Made by a program: the position numbers and the translations under genes. A stretch of 64,000 bases of DNA, taken from the NCBI GenBank assembly GCA_049297395.1, contig JBAQUG010000312.1, positions 273 through 64,272 on the forward strand, written 5' to 3'. Below are positions 8,365-18,374 of this stretch, piece by piece. The DNA comes from Victivallales bacterium (GTDB taxonomy: Bacteria > Verrucomicrobiota > Lentisphaeria > Victivallales > GWF2-50-93). The stretch's first letter is position 1. Each line of letters begins with the position of its first letter. The notes beneath the pieces were generated by a model. It ran no database searches and was not told the origin of the DNA. It worked only from the letters and a program-made list of their open reading frames with translations.

Positions 8365-11300
8365 CTATTGAATTGATATTTTCAGGTCGCCGGGATCGGT
8401 GATCGACATCCAGAAACCGTTGCCGGCTGCGCCCGCATGCAGTTTGACCATGATCTCATTCTTTCCAGATAAGAGTTTGACTGGAAACGAAAACTGCCCC
8501 TTGTGGGGTGATCCATGTGCATCGATCTTGGAGAATACTTCCTTGCCGTTCAGCCATATCCGGCCCCAGTAATCCACTCCGAAACATATTTCCGCATCGC
8601 GTGAAGCCGGAGAATCGAAACGGCAGACGGCATATCCAATCCTGAAACAGTATTCTCCGGTCAGCTTGTAGAAATCAACGTAATCTCCACTGAAGCCCGG
8701 TCTTTTCCATGAGATTTTCTTTCCGCCGAGTCCATCATATGAGGATGAAAAATCAATGCTCTTTTCCGGCGGCTGCTGAAGTTCCATTACTTTGGCAAGT
8801 GAACCTGGAACGCGGGGGTCGGGAGTTCCATCGAACGGGCCCATCGCCATCCAGTCATTAGCTTCGAGATCTCTTGGGACCGGCTCAAGGTTCAGGAAAA
8901 GAATTGCGGCATCCGCGCCCGGGGCTTTTGTCAGTTCCACTTTGTGTACGCCCTGCTGCAGGCTGAGGGTTTCAAGTTTCAGGAAACGGCCCCACGATAC
9001 TCCCTCCTCCCTTGTTTCCGCCGGCGGGGGCGATACCTCCTTGCCATCAACACGGATTTTCGGAACCGTGAAAGGCGGATGATTCACATAAACCATTTCC
9101 ATGCGGTAGCGGTTGTCGAAGGAGGAGGGGACGTCAAAGCTGATGGAATCCCCCTTCCAGCAAAGAGCATTCAAGCCGGAGAGGGAGGGTGCCAATCCTG
9201 AAGCATTCCTTACTGAAACATCCGTCCGCCCTGCGGGCGGAACAGTTTTCAGCATGGACTCCGGGAGCATGGCGCCTTTCGGAGCATATGGAGCTTTCTT
9301 GTAGAAAAGAGAAGGAGGATAGCTGTGGAACGCCTCGTAAAGCTTTACAAGATCCGCCGACAGGAGAATGCGGCGGACTGTCCACGCCCGGCCCTTGTCG
9401 AGGGAAGTTTTCGCTTCAGCAAGTTTCTCCTTTGCTTTCCTGAGTTCTACCGGGGAGAGCATGATGGGCGCGTCACCGGCGTTTTTTCCGGAGGCAAGCG
9501 CCTCGGCAAACGCTATCTGCTTGAGTAATGCCGGGCGGAGCGCCTCCGGCAATGCGGCTTTGATGTCCGCGACATGTACGCCCACAGCCCCTCCCTCGAA
9601 CGAGAGCATTTCATAGGCGCCGAGTTTTATTTTCATTTCACCGTTTTCCAGTTTGACAGTCTCGTTTGTGGAAAGGCGTCTGATGTCCGCCTTTCCTTCA
9701 ATGCGCAGGACTGCGGAGAGCGGCTGGTCAAGGCGGTTGACCACATAGAAGAACATGGTCTTTCCATCATCGCCCTGCCAGACGGCTACCGGATCTCCGT
9801 CCTTTTCAAGAGCTTTCATTCCAATAGCCGGAAGAGAACGGTATTCGGCAAGGAACGGGCGCAGATACCTGGGCTGTCCCTGGGCATAGCCATGGCTGCC
9901 GTCGCTGATCAATGTAGGATTCCCCTTGGCCATGGCCTCGGCAAACCGTTCGAGGAAATGGATGCCTGACGCGTTGACTATTCCGGCACCGTGGATGCTT
10001 GTCTGACCACCGGAGAACTTCAATTTGGGATCATAGCCTACTGCCACGCCTTCCACCATCTGCCCTTCCAGGGAATCGGCGTCAAGATGAAGGGAACTGA
10101 CAGTGCCTCCGCCGGCGTCATGCGCTGCCGCCTCCGCCTGGCCGCCGTCCATATTGACATCCATGCCAAAGGCGGCAGGGACAGCGCCCCGGCTCCTCGC
10201 CATGCAGCTGGGATAGACATCCACGCCCTGGATGTCCATGGCCGGCTCCTTCCGATAAAGGTCCGTGTCAATTCCCGTTTCCTTGATGAGTTTTGCCCAT
10301 CCCTTATCGTTCCACTCCGTCTCCGTGGCTGCGCCTTCAAACATTGGACTGTACGCAATCAGATGGAGTTTGAGATCAGGCCTTGCGTCCGTGAGAATTT
10401 TTGCAAGCCGGCTGTGATAGCTGTAAATTTTACGGCAGCGCCATTCGACCCATTTATCGTATGCATTGGCCATCAGCCATTCGTAGCGTCTTGTAAAGCG
10501 GTCAGGTGAATCAGGCGGGACTGGAATTGAAATGCCCGTTTCTTTCTGGAACAGCGCGATGGTCCAGTCTTCGTAACCCCACTTGATGGACGGGATCGCC
10601 TGCCAGGAGGAAAAACACCATGCCATCAGACGCAATGAAACGCCTTTGAACGCCGGGGAGTCCTTGTAGCGGCCTGCGAGTTCGGATACTACCGACGCCA
10701 TCCAGTCCTGGACAGCAGGATAAAGCGGATTCCAGTATGGCTTGTGAGGATTCTTCATCCCGCATTCGCCATCTTTTGAGACGGTGAGCCATGGTTTGTG
10801 CGGGCCATCGTCTTCGTAAATTCCCTTTCCTCCGAAACGGGCATCGAGTTCCTTCATAAGAACCATGTTGCCGGGAACGTGCAGTTCGCCCACGTAGTCC
10901 ATGCCGAATTTCTCGCAGACCAGCAGCTGCATGCGGACAATATCCTTTTTGAACGGCTCCTTCAGCGTCAATGGCCCGGTGACACACCAGCCACCCTCGT
11001 CTTCGCTGCCGTAGCCTTTTATGGTTGTGCAGGGCCAGAGAACCGCCTGGTAGTTGGCGATGGTCTTCTGCCAGAGGTTGGCGCCGAGGAATTTCTGGAA
11101 TGCGCCGAGACGATATGCGGTCTTATAGAAATTTGACCAGCCATTTCCATCGGGCGCCGCCCCGAAATAGCTCGTAAACCGGATGTTTTCCTCCTGGTAC
11201 ATGCCGAAAGAACGGCCGCGCGGAGTGAGATTCATCGCCGGTGGAAGGTGGTCAAGCCGGTAAATGCGGATCTTCGCCGCCGCCGCCCTGGCGCCTGTTT

Positions 11301-12489
11301 TCCAGGTCTGGAGGAAAAGACGCGGATCCTTCTCGCGCGGATAGAAATAGATTTGCTCGGTGAGCATGGAGTTTGAAAAGGAGTAGATGCCGCCGCTCAT
11401 GTAGCCAAGCGTCAGGGCATATGGATTAGGGCACCTTTCGAGAATGGATACCAGGGCGATTCGTTCGTCATCATCAGGGTAGTCGACTTCGGCGAGATAT
11501 AAATCCTGGATGCCCGGCAGGTTGAGGGTGTAGGCGAACCAGTCGGCATCCATGTTGTGTTCCATGCGCCCCCTGTCACCGGTCTCGCGGTAGGCTCCGA
11601 TTGATGATTCAACCACGCGGCTTGTCCCTGAAGAATAGGTTGGTTCGGCTTTTGAACAGTCGATCTCCTGCACCAATTCCCGTTTCGGCTCCTTGTCCAG
11701 TTTTGGACAGTCCTTCACATCGACAACAAGGTATTGTATCGTCCTGTCGACAGCTTTGCCTGCGTCATCCACAAGTGTAATATCAAAGACGCCTTCCCCG
11801 GCGCTCGGAATTGCCACTTCGGTTTCAAAGACGCCTGTTCCTGCCGGAATCTCCATCTTTTTTGTCCATGACGGTTCTGTGGCGGATTCCCTGGCGACTT
11901 TTATTGTTATGCTCTGGGCTGACGTCGATTTCCCGGCCCGCAGGGCAAGTCCAAATTTTTCGTCCTTGCGTATTGCGAGAACATTCCGTGCCGGTTCGGC
12001 CCGGACCATTCCCGCCAGATCCTTGGATTTTTTAAGGAGAAGCCCGCCGATATAAGGAATTCCATATGGTTCCGGACGGCTGATCATCAGCGTGTGCCTG
12101 CCTGCCGGAATATTTAAATTCATCATTTTCTGCATGTCGTTTTCCGGTGCCCATACTCCGCTTGATATAGGGCTGTGGATGACGAGTTTTTTGTCTACTA
12201 AAAGATCGAACGGCGTGGTCACGCCGCCTTTCCCCCATAATTCCCACCAGGCGTCTTCTTTGGTTTCGAATGCGTATTCAGCTTCCCCGAAACCTCTCAA
12301 AATACCGCTTTTCCGGATTTCCTCGCGTTCCTTGTCGTCGATGAGGTAATTCGTGGAAATGAAATCCCCCATTTTAATCTCAATCATGCCGGAGCCCCCC
12401 TCTTTTGCCACTGCGGTTTCCGAGTGCGCCGTCACGGCAAGCCCGGCTCCAAGAATCACCGCAGCAATGATTTTCCCTGTTAAAGTCAT
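8365..12489 (-). CDS. giant secreted glycoside-hydrolase-like protein, family D paralogue 1 (unassigned family)
   Basis: The ORF is 8365..12558. I start it at ATG 12489, which is preceded by AAAGGGAGAAAG and gives the signal peptide MTLTGKIIAAVILGAGLAVTAHS. It is paralogous to 14327..18274: WFAYTLNLPG..EVDYPDD vs WFAYRFEVDE..EMDYPDD, AAKIRIYRL vs ASKIRIYKV, RYKDSPAFKGVSLRL vs RYKDSPSFQGVSLRL, and the C-terminal GNGFWMSITDPGDL vs GNGFWMAVSNPGDL. Confidence 0.8.
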   Translation of the reverse strand: MTLTGKIIAAVILGAGLAVTAHSETAVAKEGGSGMIEIKMGDFISTNYLIDDKEREEIRKSGILRGFGEAEYAFETKEDAWWELWGKGGVTTPFDLLVDKKLVIHSPISSGVWAPENDMQKMMNLNIPAGRHTLMISRPEPYGIPYIGGLLLKKSKDLAGMVRAEPARNVLAIRKDEKFGLALRAGKSTSAQSITIKVARESATEPSWTKKMEIPAGTGVFETEVAIPSAGEGVFDITLVDDAGKAVDRTIQYLVVDVKDCPKLDKEPKRELVQEIDCSKAEPTYSSGTSRVVESSIGAYRETGDRGRMEHNMDADWFAYTLNLPGIQDLYLAEVDYPDDDERIALVSILERCPNPYALTLGYMSGGIYSFSNSMLTEQIYFYPREKDPRLFLQTWKTGARAAAAKIRIYRLDHLPPAMNLTPRGRSFGMYQEENIRFTSYFGAAPDGNGWSNFYKTAYRLGAFQKFLGANLWQKTIANYQAVLWPCTTIKGYGSEDEGGWCVTGPLTLKEPFKKDIVRMQLLVCEKFGMDYVGELHVPGNMVLMKELDARFGGKGIYEDDGPHKPWLTVSKDGECGMKNPHKPYWNPLYPAVQDWMASVVSELAGRYKDSPAFKGVSLRLMAWCFSSWQAIPSIKWGYEDWTIALFQKETGISIPVPPDSPDRFTRRYEWLMANAYDKWVEWRCRKIYSYHSRLAKILTDARPDLKLHLIAYSPMFEGAATETEWNDKGWAKLIKETGIDTDLYRKEPAMDIQGVDVYPSCMARSRGAVPAAFGMDVNMDGGQAEAAAHDAGGGTVSSLHLDADSLEGQMVEGVAVGYDPKLKFSGGQTSIHGAGIVNASGIHFLERFAEAMAKGNPTLISDGSHGYAQGQPRYLRPFLAEYRSLPAIGMKALEKDGDPVAVWQGDDGKTMFFYVVNRLDQPLSAVLRIEGKADIRRLSTNETVKLENGEMKIKLGAYEMLSFEGGAVGVHVADIKAALPEALRPALLKQIAFAEALASGKNAGDAPIMLSPVELRKAKEKLAEAKTSLDKGRAWTVRRILLSADLVKLYEAFHSYPPSLFYKKAPYAPKGAMLPESMLKTVPPAGRTDVSVRNASGLAPSLSGLNALCWKGDSISFDVPSSFDNRYRMEMVYVNHPPFTVPKIRVDGKEVSPPPAETREEGVSWGRFLKLETLSLQQGVHKVELTKAPGADAAILFLNLEPVPRDLEANDWMAMGPFDGTPDPRVPGSLAKVMELQQPPEKSIDFSSSYDGLGGKKISWKRPGFSGDYVDFYKLTGEYCFRIGYAVCRFDSPASRDAEICFGVDYWGRIWLNGKEVFSKIDAHGSPHKGQFSFPVKLLSGKNEIMVKLHAGAAGNGFWMSITDPGDLKISIQ

Positions 12490-12530
12490 CTTTCTCCCTT
12501 TGGAGTCGTACAGTAGATTCACGCGCGGGG

Positions 12531-14273
12531 TCATAGGCTCGGCTCCTGGCTTCCACACCCTTTGAACGTCACATGTCCCGCAGAGTCCACCTCGACGAGC
12601 GGCGTGGTGCCTTTGCCCTTCTGCGGATGCGGCTGAAGATGAACCGTCAGCGCGCCCCCGTCCAGTGCGTGCTCGATACAGACGAAATCATGATCCATCA
12701 ACCGCTTGAGCCGGTAGGCAACCTCGCGTCCATCCCAGCATACCCGCTGGACGCGGGAGGCCAGATCAACCGGCAGGCGGAAATGAGCGGTCGCCCCCAG
12801 CGCGTTCGTACGCACCCGCAGGACTTCATCGGACTCGCTGTAGCGGATCGTCAGTTCCAACCGCCGTCCTTCGGGCAGCGTGATGCGCAAGATGTTGTCG
12901 CGCTCGGCGTGCGGCGCTGGCGGCTGACTGTGCCGGTGGCGGCGGAACATCGGCAGCGAGGGGGCGATGTTGATCTCGGCAAAGTTCGGCGCGGCAGGCG
13001 TGATGCCGAACAGTCCCTCGATCGTCGCGGCAATCTGGGCCGTCGCGCAAACCACATAGCGATCGCGATGAAAACCGGTTGCATCATCCACGGTACCATC
13101 GAGGTGGTACCATTCTATACAGTCGCCGTCGCGGGTGATGGCTTCAGCGCGTTTGCGTACGGCCAGTTCAAGAGTGTCCACCAGTCCCGACTCGCGCAGC
13201 AACTCCATGCAATGGAAATACGGCGTGTCCCATGCGCCGCCAAGCACGCTTTTCTCGCGGCCGTGATCAATGTAGTTCGGCTGGTCGGGCGAGTAATACG
13301 CGTACGGCGGGTAGAAGATCGGCATCGGGAAAATACGGTCGTGCATCAATGCGTGGTCAATCCATCGCGCCACTGCGTGGCGGCGTTCCAGGGGGATGTC
13401 CGCCTCGGCCGCGTAGTATGGAACCACATCGGTCTCACGGCTGTCCTCGCAGAGGCCGTTCAGACTGAAGAACCACTTGTCGGCAACGCGGTCGAACTGA
13501 GTGAAATAGTAACCGCCTCGCTCGCTCCATGCCGATTCCTCCAGCGCTGTGCGCACCCGTCGGAGGTGACGCGCAAACACGTCCGTTTCCGGTGCCCCTG
13601 CCGCGTGCGCCGCGCGTTCCATGTTTTGCAGCCAGACACAGTACGCCATGGTCGCCACTATGGTCTTGCTTTTTGGATCGTAGTTGGGAGGGAAATGATT
13701 CGGCTCGCCGAGATGCGCGCCCCAGAAGCAACGGCCAGCTTCATTGTGACAATCAAGCAAGCCGGCCCCCTCGGCATCGTACGCGCCCGACATCCATTCC
13801 GCAGTCATGGCCGCCCGCCGGAGAGCTTCTTTAAACTGGGATCCTGCACAAAAGTAGCGGTAGGTGTCCGCGGCACAACGGAGGTACATGGCCTGGCTCA
13901 CTGCGGGGGTGCCCGTCTGCAGGCCGTCTTCTCCACACCAGCCCTGATAGGTAATCGCGCCCGTCTGCGGGTGGATGAATGCGAGATACATTGCATTTTC
14001 CATGCAATCCCCCTGATCGGGCTCATGTCCCCACAAATATGCGGCCATCTTGACTGCGTGGGCGGAATCGCGCGGATCCGATGCATGGATCAGCGGACCT
14101 CGCTTGCCTCCGCTCACGGGCAGCCAGCCGCGCAGGCCGCCAGTAGCATGATACTTCGGCCGCAAATCATTGAGCAACTCCACGCTGATCCTGAACGCAT
14201 TGTCAATTGCCGCATTGCCGGTGGATACACCGACCTGGGGCGTGTCTGTCTGCGCTGTTTCTCTTGGTTTCAT
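12531..14273 (-). CDS. hypothetical cytoplasmic protein; possibly an (alpha/alpha)6-type glycosidase (weak guess)
   Basis: 580 codons counted from ATG 14273 (AGGAGA lies 8 nt upstream; the track begins one TTG codon earlier). The composition is protein-like, whereas the 576-aa antisense ORF is Arg-rich. There is no signal peptide. I recognise no diagnostic motif, so the fold guess rests only on the W/Y/D-rich helical-looking sequence. Confidence 0.6.
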   Translation of the reverse strand: MKPRETAQTDTPQVGVSTGNAAIDNAFRISVELLNDLRPKYHATGGLRGWLPVSGGKRGPLIHASDPRDSAHAVKMAAYLWGHEPDQGDCMENAMYLAFIHPQTGAITYQGWCGEDGLQTGTPAVSQAMYLRCAADTYRYFCAGSQFKEALRRAAMTAEWMSGAYDAEGAGLLDCHNEAGRCFWGAHLGEPNHFPPNYDPKSKTIVATMAYCVWLQNMERAAHAAGAPETDVFARHLRRVRTALEESAWSERGGYYFTQFDRVADKWFFSLNGLCEDSRETDVVPYYAAEADIPLERRHAVARWIDHALMHDRIFPMPIFYPPYAYYSPDQPNYIDHGREKSVLGGAWDTPYFHCMELLRESGLVDTLELAVRKRAEAITRDGDCIEWYHLDGTVDDATGFHRDRYVVCATAQIAATIEGLFGITPAAPNFAEINIAPSLPMFRRHRHSQPPAPHAERDNILRITLPEGRRLELTIRYSESDEVLRVRTNALGATAHFRLPVDLASRVQRVCWDGREVAYRLKRLMDHDFVCIEHALDGGALTVHLQPHPQKGKGTTPLVEVDSAGHVTFKGCGSQEPSL

Positions 14274-14326
14274 CAAGTCGTTCTCCTGTTATTTTCAAAA
14301 TAGGGACATTTTAAAATCCCGGAGTT

Positions 14327-17300
14327 TCACGGTTTCTGCGGCGGTTTTGCGGAAAAGCGCAGGTCGCCGGGATTTGACACGGCCATCCAGAAACCATTTC
14401 CATGGGTTCCTGAATTCACCTTGACCAGCAGCTCGTTCCAGCCGGGCTGCAATTCCACTTCGAGCGTGAACGTGCCCTTGATTGGAGCACCGCCGCCGTG
14501 CGGTTCGTAGTCCTTGACCAGCTTTCCGTTCAGCCATATCTTCATCCAGTAATCCATGCTGTAGGACAGACGGACCCTATGGGCTTCCTTCGCATAAACG
14601 TGGGTTACGGCATATGCGATCACCCCGATCTTTTTGCCGCACCTCGGTACAAAGTCAACGTAGTCTCCGAATCCCTCCATCGGAATCCATCTTGCCGTTT
14701 TTCCGTCGCCCAGGGGGACTTCCCCGTCCAAATCCCTCTTCTCCTCCGGAGGGAATACCGTGGCCAGGCCCTCTTCCGGTTTCTCTCCCTTCCCCTTGAA
14801 CGGCCCGATGGCGTTCCAGCGCAGGGACAGGATGTCATCGAAGATCGGCGACATCTCCAAATAACTGAACGCCATCCGTTTGCCCGGCGCGGCACGCAGT
14901 TCCACCTTGGCGACGCCCTGTTTGAGGATCACCGGCTTCGGCAAGATGCTGACGGCCCCATGCAAGTCCTCGCGAGTATCCTTCAGAGTATCGATCACCT
15001 GGCCGTTCACCGAAACTTCCATGCCGCCAAAATCACCTCCCAGCAACTGTCCCACCGACAGCCGATATCGGCCATCCACTGCCACCGGCAGCTCCAGTTC
15101 CACCGTCGCGCCCGACGCCACAAGAAGCTGTTCGCCGATCCAGGTCTGGGACAGTTTTTCGCTGGCTTCCAACTTCACACTGCCAGAGTCCTTCACCAGG
15201 CGAACCAAATCCGCGGCGGGGATCGCCGACGGCGGAGTGATGGGTACGCCATTGTCCCTCAGGAAAGGCGCCTGCCGGTCACAGCGGTCGTAGATTCCAA
15301 GCATTTCATGTTCCATGGCGATCCGGGCGTGCCATATATGGCCGCGATCCAGGGCCGCGCGCGCCGAGGCGCGCGCCTTGCCCAGCCGCGCAACCTGCTC
15401 CGGTGTCAGCCGTTCGCCGGTCACCTTGCCGCGCACATCATCGTCCAGACGTTCCAGCCAGGCAACCTGCATCTGCGCCCTCTGGAGTTCCGCCGGAGGA
15501 ATTACCGTGGACGTCTTTGAAATCGTCATACCCGGATCCATTCGAAATGCCATCAGCTGGTAAGGCTCCAGATCGAGATGCAGAGACTGATCCCTGAGGG
15601 GCTGCACAGCACCGCTGGAGAGCCGAGTGATCCTCCCATCTCCCTTGAATATCCGCGTAAACCATCCATTCCGCTCGAACTGAAGAGTGATTGTCACAGG
15701 GAAACGCTCCCGGTTGATCGCATAAAAATAGCTGTCTTTTTCACGATGGAGCTCCCGGACTGCCACCGGGTCGATGGCATCTTCACGCGCCGCGAACGGA
15801 ACCGCCGGAAGACGCCGGTACTCCTGCAGGAAATCCCGCAGCATCGGCTGTCCCAGCGTGTAGGCATTGCCCCCGTCCGCCAGCCAGGTGGCGTCGTCCT
15901 CGGCCAGCGCCATGCTCCATCTCTCGAGATAGTGCCGTCCTGCCGGGTTGACCACGCCGCTCATATATGCCGGTGCCGTGCCGGCCGAATACCCAAGCGA
16001 TTCCGAGGGCACTACCAAGTCACAGGCTTCGAAATACATGGAACTGAACAGGAAGCCGGTGCCATCTGCGGAGCGATAGGGGTTGAGAACGTTTTTCAGC
16101 AGCCCGTCGCGCTGCCCGATGGGATCCATATCCGGCCGCCGCCCGTAGGAGCCGCCGTTGATTATGCTCAGCCCTTCGATTTTTGACAGCCGCTGGACGT
16201 CCACTCCGGCTTCACGCGACATGGAGCCGGTATAGACCTTGAGATCGGGCCGCGCCTGGCGTACGCGCTCCACCACCTTCTGGTAAATCTGCGTGATCTT
16301 GTCGCAGCGCCAGTCAATCCACTTTTCCCGCGCGTTCGCCATCAGCCAGGCGTAACGTTTCTGAAAACGCCGGGGATCGTCGGAGCCAACCGGAATTTTC
16401 ACTCCAGTTTCCTTTTCGAAAATGTTGATGGTGTAATCATCGTAGCCGTAGTCCAAAGAATGAAAATTGTTGAGCGTTGGATTCATCCATTCTGACAGTC
16501 TCAGGGAGACGCCCTGGAACGACGGGGAATCCTTGTAGCGGTCCGCAAACTCGCCAATCATCCCCATATGCCATTCCTGGGACCGCGGATGAATCGGGTT
16601 GAAATAGGGAAGAGACGGCATGCCGTTGCGCGCACCCAGCTGCCCCTCCTTGTTGAGGAGCAGATGCTCCGTCTGGTTCTTCTCCCATTCGGGGCGCGGC
16701 CACAGCAGATCATTCGCCTGCGGAAGAAATTCGCCGACCAGCTTTAATCCATATTTCTCGCACCGGAGCAGGATCGCACGCACGCAGTCGGCGCTGTAGG
16801 GTGTCGTGAAGGCGAGGTTGTAGTGCGAAGGATACAGCCCGAACTGATAAACCACGAAGGTGGAGAAGATGGTGTCTCCTCCCATATACGCCACCGAGCG
16901 GGCCCAGCGGTCAGCCGTCAGCAGATAGTCCGGCAGCGAACCCTGATAACAGCCCGGTCCCCCATACATTGCCATGTAGCTGGCGCCTTCCTCGTAATAA
17001 TTTCCGAAACTCCGTCCTTCGCCCACCGGCAGGTTCATCGGCGGCATCTCCCCTTCCACCTTGTAGATCCTGATCTTCGAAGCCGCCGCCCGCAGGCCCG
17101 TCGTCGCGTTGAGGACGACCGCCCGGAGATCCCTGCCACGCGCCCAGAAGAAGATCGTCTGTGTCTGCATCCGGTTGCTCAGTGCAAATTCCCCGCCGCT
17201 GTCGACCCCTCCGGTGGTGGGGTAGTTGCTGGACACTCCTTCGCGGACGGCGAGGCAGTAGGTGCGCATGGCGTCATCAGGATAATCCATTTCGAGCACG

Positions 17301-18274
17301 TACTGCTTCTGCGGCTCATCCACTTCGAACCGGTAGGCGAACCAGCTCGGATCTGTGGAATTCTGATGGTCCTGGTATCCCACGTTGCCGGACTCGCGGT
17401 ACGCCCCGAGCGGTTTCCGTACCACTCTGGTTTCGCCGCCGCCTGTGAAATCCGGCGGCACCTGCGCACAATCAATTTCGCGCAGCAGCGTCCTATGAAC
17501 CTCTCCCCCCGGACGCGGCTGCAGGGACGCATCTACCACGGTGAACTTCAGCGGCGCCACATCCTGCGGAGCGAAGGGTTTCACGCCATCCAGAAACGCG
17601 ATCTCAAACGTGCCCTCCTGCGCACAGGGAATTTCCAGCGTCTTTTTCACCACCGAATCGGAGGCGGGGAACTTCACCGGGAAAATAGTCCCGCCGTCCT
17701 TCTCTCCTGTCGCGAGTACCCGCACGTTTACAGTGGCTTCCTCCGGACGTCCACCCCCGTCAAGTTCCAGTTCCACCTTTTCGCCCTTGCGGAAGATCAT
17801 GGAATCACTCCGCGCCTGAATCCGCAGGCGGTTGGAAAGTCCAGGACCGGCAGTTTTCAGGACCACGCCCGTGATCGGGCCAAATATCCGGTGATGGATG
17901 AAGCTTTGGATGCGGACGGTATGGCGCCCTGCCGCAAACCACAGGCTGGCCACTTTGGGACCAGATACATTCCTGTAGAAACAGAGGCTTCCATCAATCT
18001 GATATTCAAGTCCAATTCCATCCGGCTGAACCGAAAGTTCGTACCAATCGTCTCTGGGAACATCAAAATCGTACTCAAACCAGCCAATGACGCCTGTTTT
18101 GTCATTGGAGTCACGACGTCCGCTCAGGTTGCCCGCTTCTTTAATCCTGGGCAGTACCTCGGGATTTGGCGAATAGGCACGGTCATATCCTGTGGACGGA
18201 CGTTCCAGCTTCCACGGTTCCCCCGCCATCCCGCTGACGGACATCAATGCGATCATGATGCCAGGCCAGAGCAT
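14327..18274 (-). CDS. giant secreted glycoside-hydrolase-like protein, family D paralogue 2
   Basis: The ORF is 14327..18316, and the track start is a TTG. I prefer ATG 18274 (MLWPGIMIALMSVSGMAGEP is signal-like). It shares the motifs listed for 8365..12489. Confidence 0.8.
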   Translation of the reverse strand: MLWPGIMIALMSVSGMAGEPWKLERPSTGYDRAYSPNPEVLPRIKEAGNLSGRRDSNDKTGVIGWFEYDFDVPRDDWYELSVQPDGIGLEYQIDGSLCFYRNVSGPKVASLWFAAGRHTVRIQSFIHHRIFGPITGVVLKTAGPGLSNRLRIQARSDSMIFRKGEKVELELDGGGRPEEATVNVRVLATGEKDGGTIFPVKFPASDSVVKKTLEIPCAQEGTFEIAFLDGVKPFAPQDVAPLKFTVVDASLQPRPGGEVHRTLLREIDCAQVPPDFTGGGETRVVRKPLGAYRESGNVGYQDHQNSTDPSWFAYRFEVDEPQKQYVLEMDYPDDAMRTYCLAVREGVSSNYPTTGGVDSGGEFALSNRMQTQTIFFWARGRDLRAVVLNATTGLRAAASKIRIYKVEGEMPPMNLPVGEGRSFGNYYEEGASYMAMYGGPGCYQGSLPDYLLTADRWARSVAYMGGDTIFSTFVVYQFGLYPSHYNLAFTTPYSADCVRAILLRCEKYGLKLVGEFLPQANDLLWPRPEWEKNQTEHLLLNKEGQLGARNGMPSLPYFNPIHPRSQEWHMGMIGEFADRYKDSPSFQGVSLRLSEWMNPTLNNFHSLDYGYDDYTINIFEKETGVKIPVGSDDPRRFQKRYAWLMANAREKWIDWRCDKITQIYQKVVERVRQARPDLKVYTGSMSREAGVDVQRLSKIEGLSIINGGSYGRRPDMDPIGQRDGLLKNVLNPYRSADGTGFLFSSMYFEACDLVVPSESLGYSAGTAPAYMSGVVNPAGRHYLERWSMALAEDDATWLADGGNAYTLGQPMLRDFLQEYRRLPAVPFAAREDAIDPVAVRELHREKDSYFYAINRERFPVTITLQFERNGWFTRIFKGDGRITRLSSGAVQPLRDQSLHLDLEPYQLMAFRMDPGMTISKTSTVIPPAELQRAQMQVAWLERLDDDVRGKVTGERLTPEQVARLGKARASARAALDRGHIWHARIAMEHEMLGIYDRCDRQAPFLRDNGVPITPPSAIPAADLVRLVKDSGSVKLEASEKLSQTWIGEQLLVASGATVELELPVAVDGRYRLSVGQLLGGDFGGMEVSVNGQVIDTLKDTREDLHGAVSILPKPVILKQGVAKVELRAAPGKRMAFSYLEMSPIFDDILSLRWNAIGPFKGKGEKPEEGLATVFPPEEKRDLDGEVPLGDGKTARWIPMEGFGDYVDFVPRCGKKIGVIAYAVTHVYAKEAHRVRLSYSMDYWMKIWLNGKLVKDYEPHGGGAPIKGTFTLEVELQPGWNELLVKVNSGTHGNGFWMAVSNPGDLRFSAKPPQKP

Positions 18275-18374
18275 TTTCAAGCTCAAAGAATGAAAGAATG
18301 GATTTCCCACAGGCAACTCCCACTGAATTATTTTTAGTTTAGAACTTTCTAATTTTGCACAGCTTTAAAATCTC

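Noticed and set aside
12573-14303. 576-aa plus-strand ORF, the longest ORF on the plus strand
   Set aside because: It is exactly antisense to the 580-aa minus-strand gene. The translation is Arg/Ala/Gly/Val-rich with low-complexity runs, typical of a shadow ORF in GC-rich DNA. The minus-strand frame has a balanced composition, an AGGAGA SD and fits the co-directional operon.
18305-18313. The 9-mer TCCCACAGG / CCTGTGGGA recurring at 3071-3078, 18305-18313, 20771-20779 and 41419-41427
   Set aside because: Two of the four occurrences are explained as termini of the repeat element. The other two share no flanking similarity, and a few chance hits of an 8-9-mer are expected in 64 kb on both strands.
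16823-18337. 504-aa plus-strand ORF, and similar ORFs at 14498-15520, 5522-6499, 28127-29179, 36907-37887, 43988-45061, 45297-46271 and 56721-57935
   Set aside because: All are antisense to long minus-strand genes that have recognisable motifs or paralogues. They have Arg/Pro/His-rich compositions, no SD-ATG context and no paralogy of their own.
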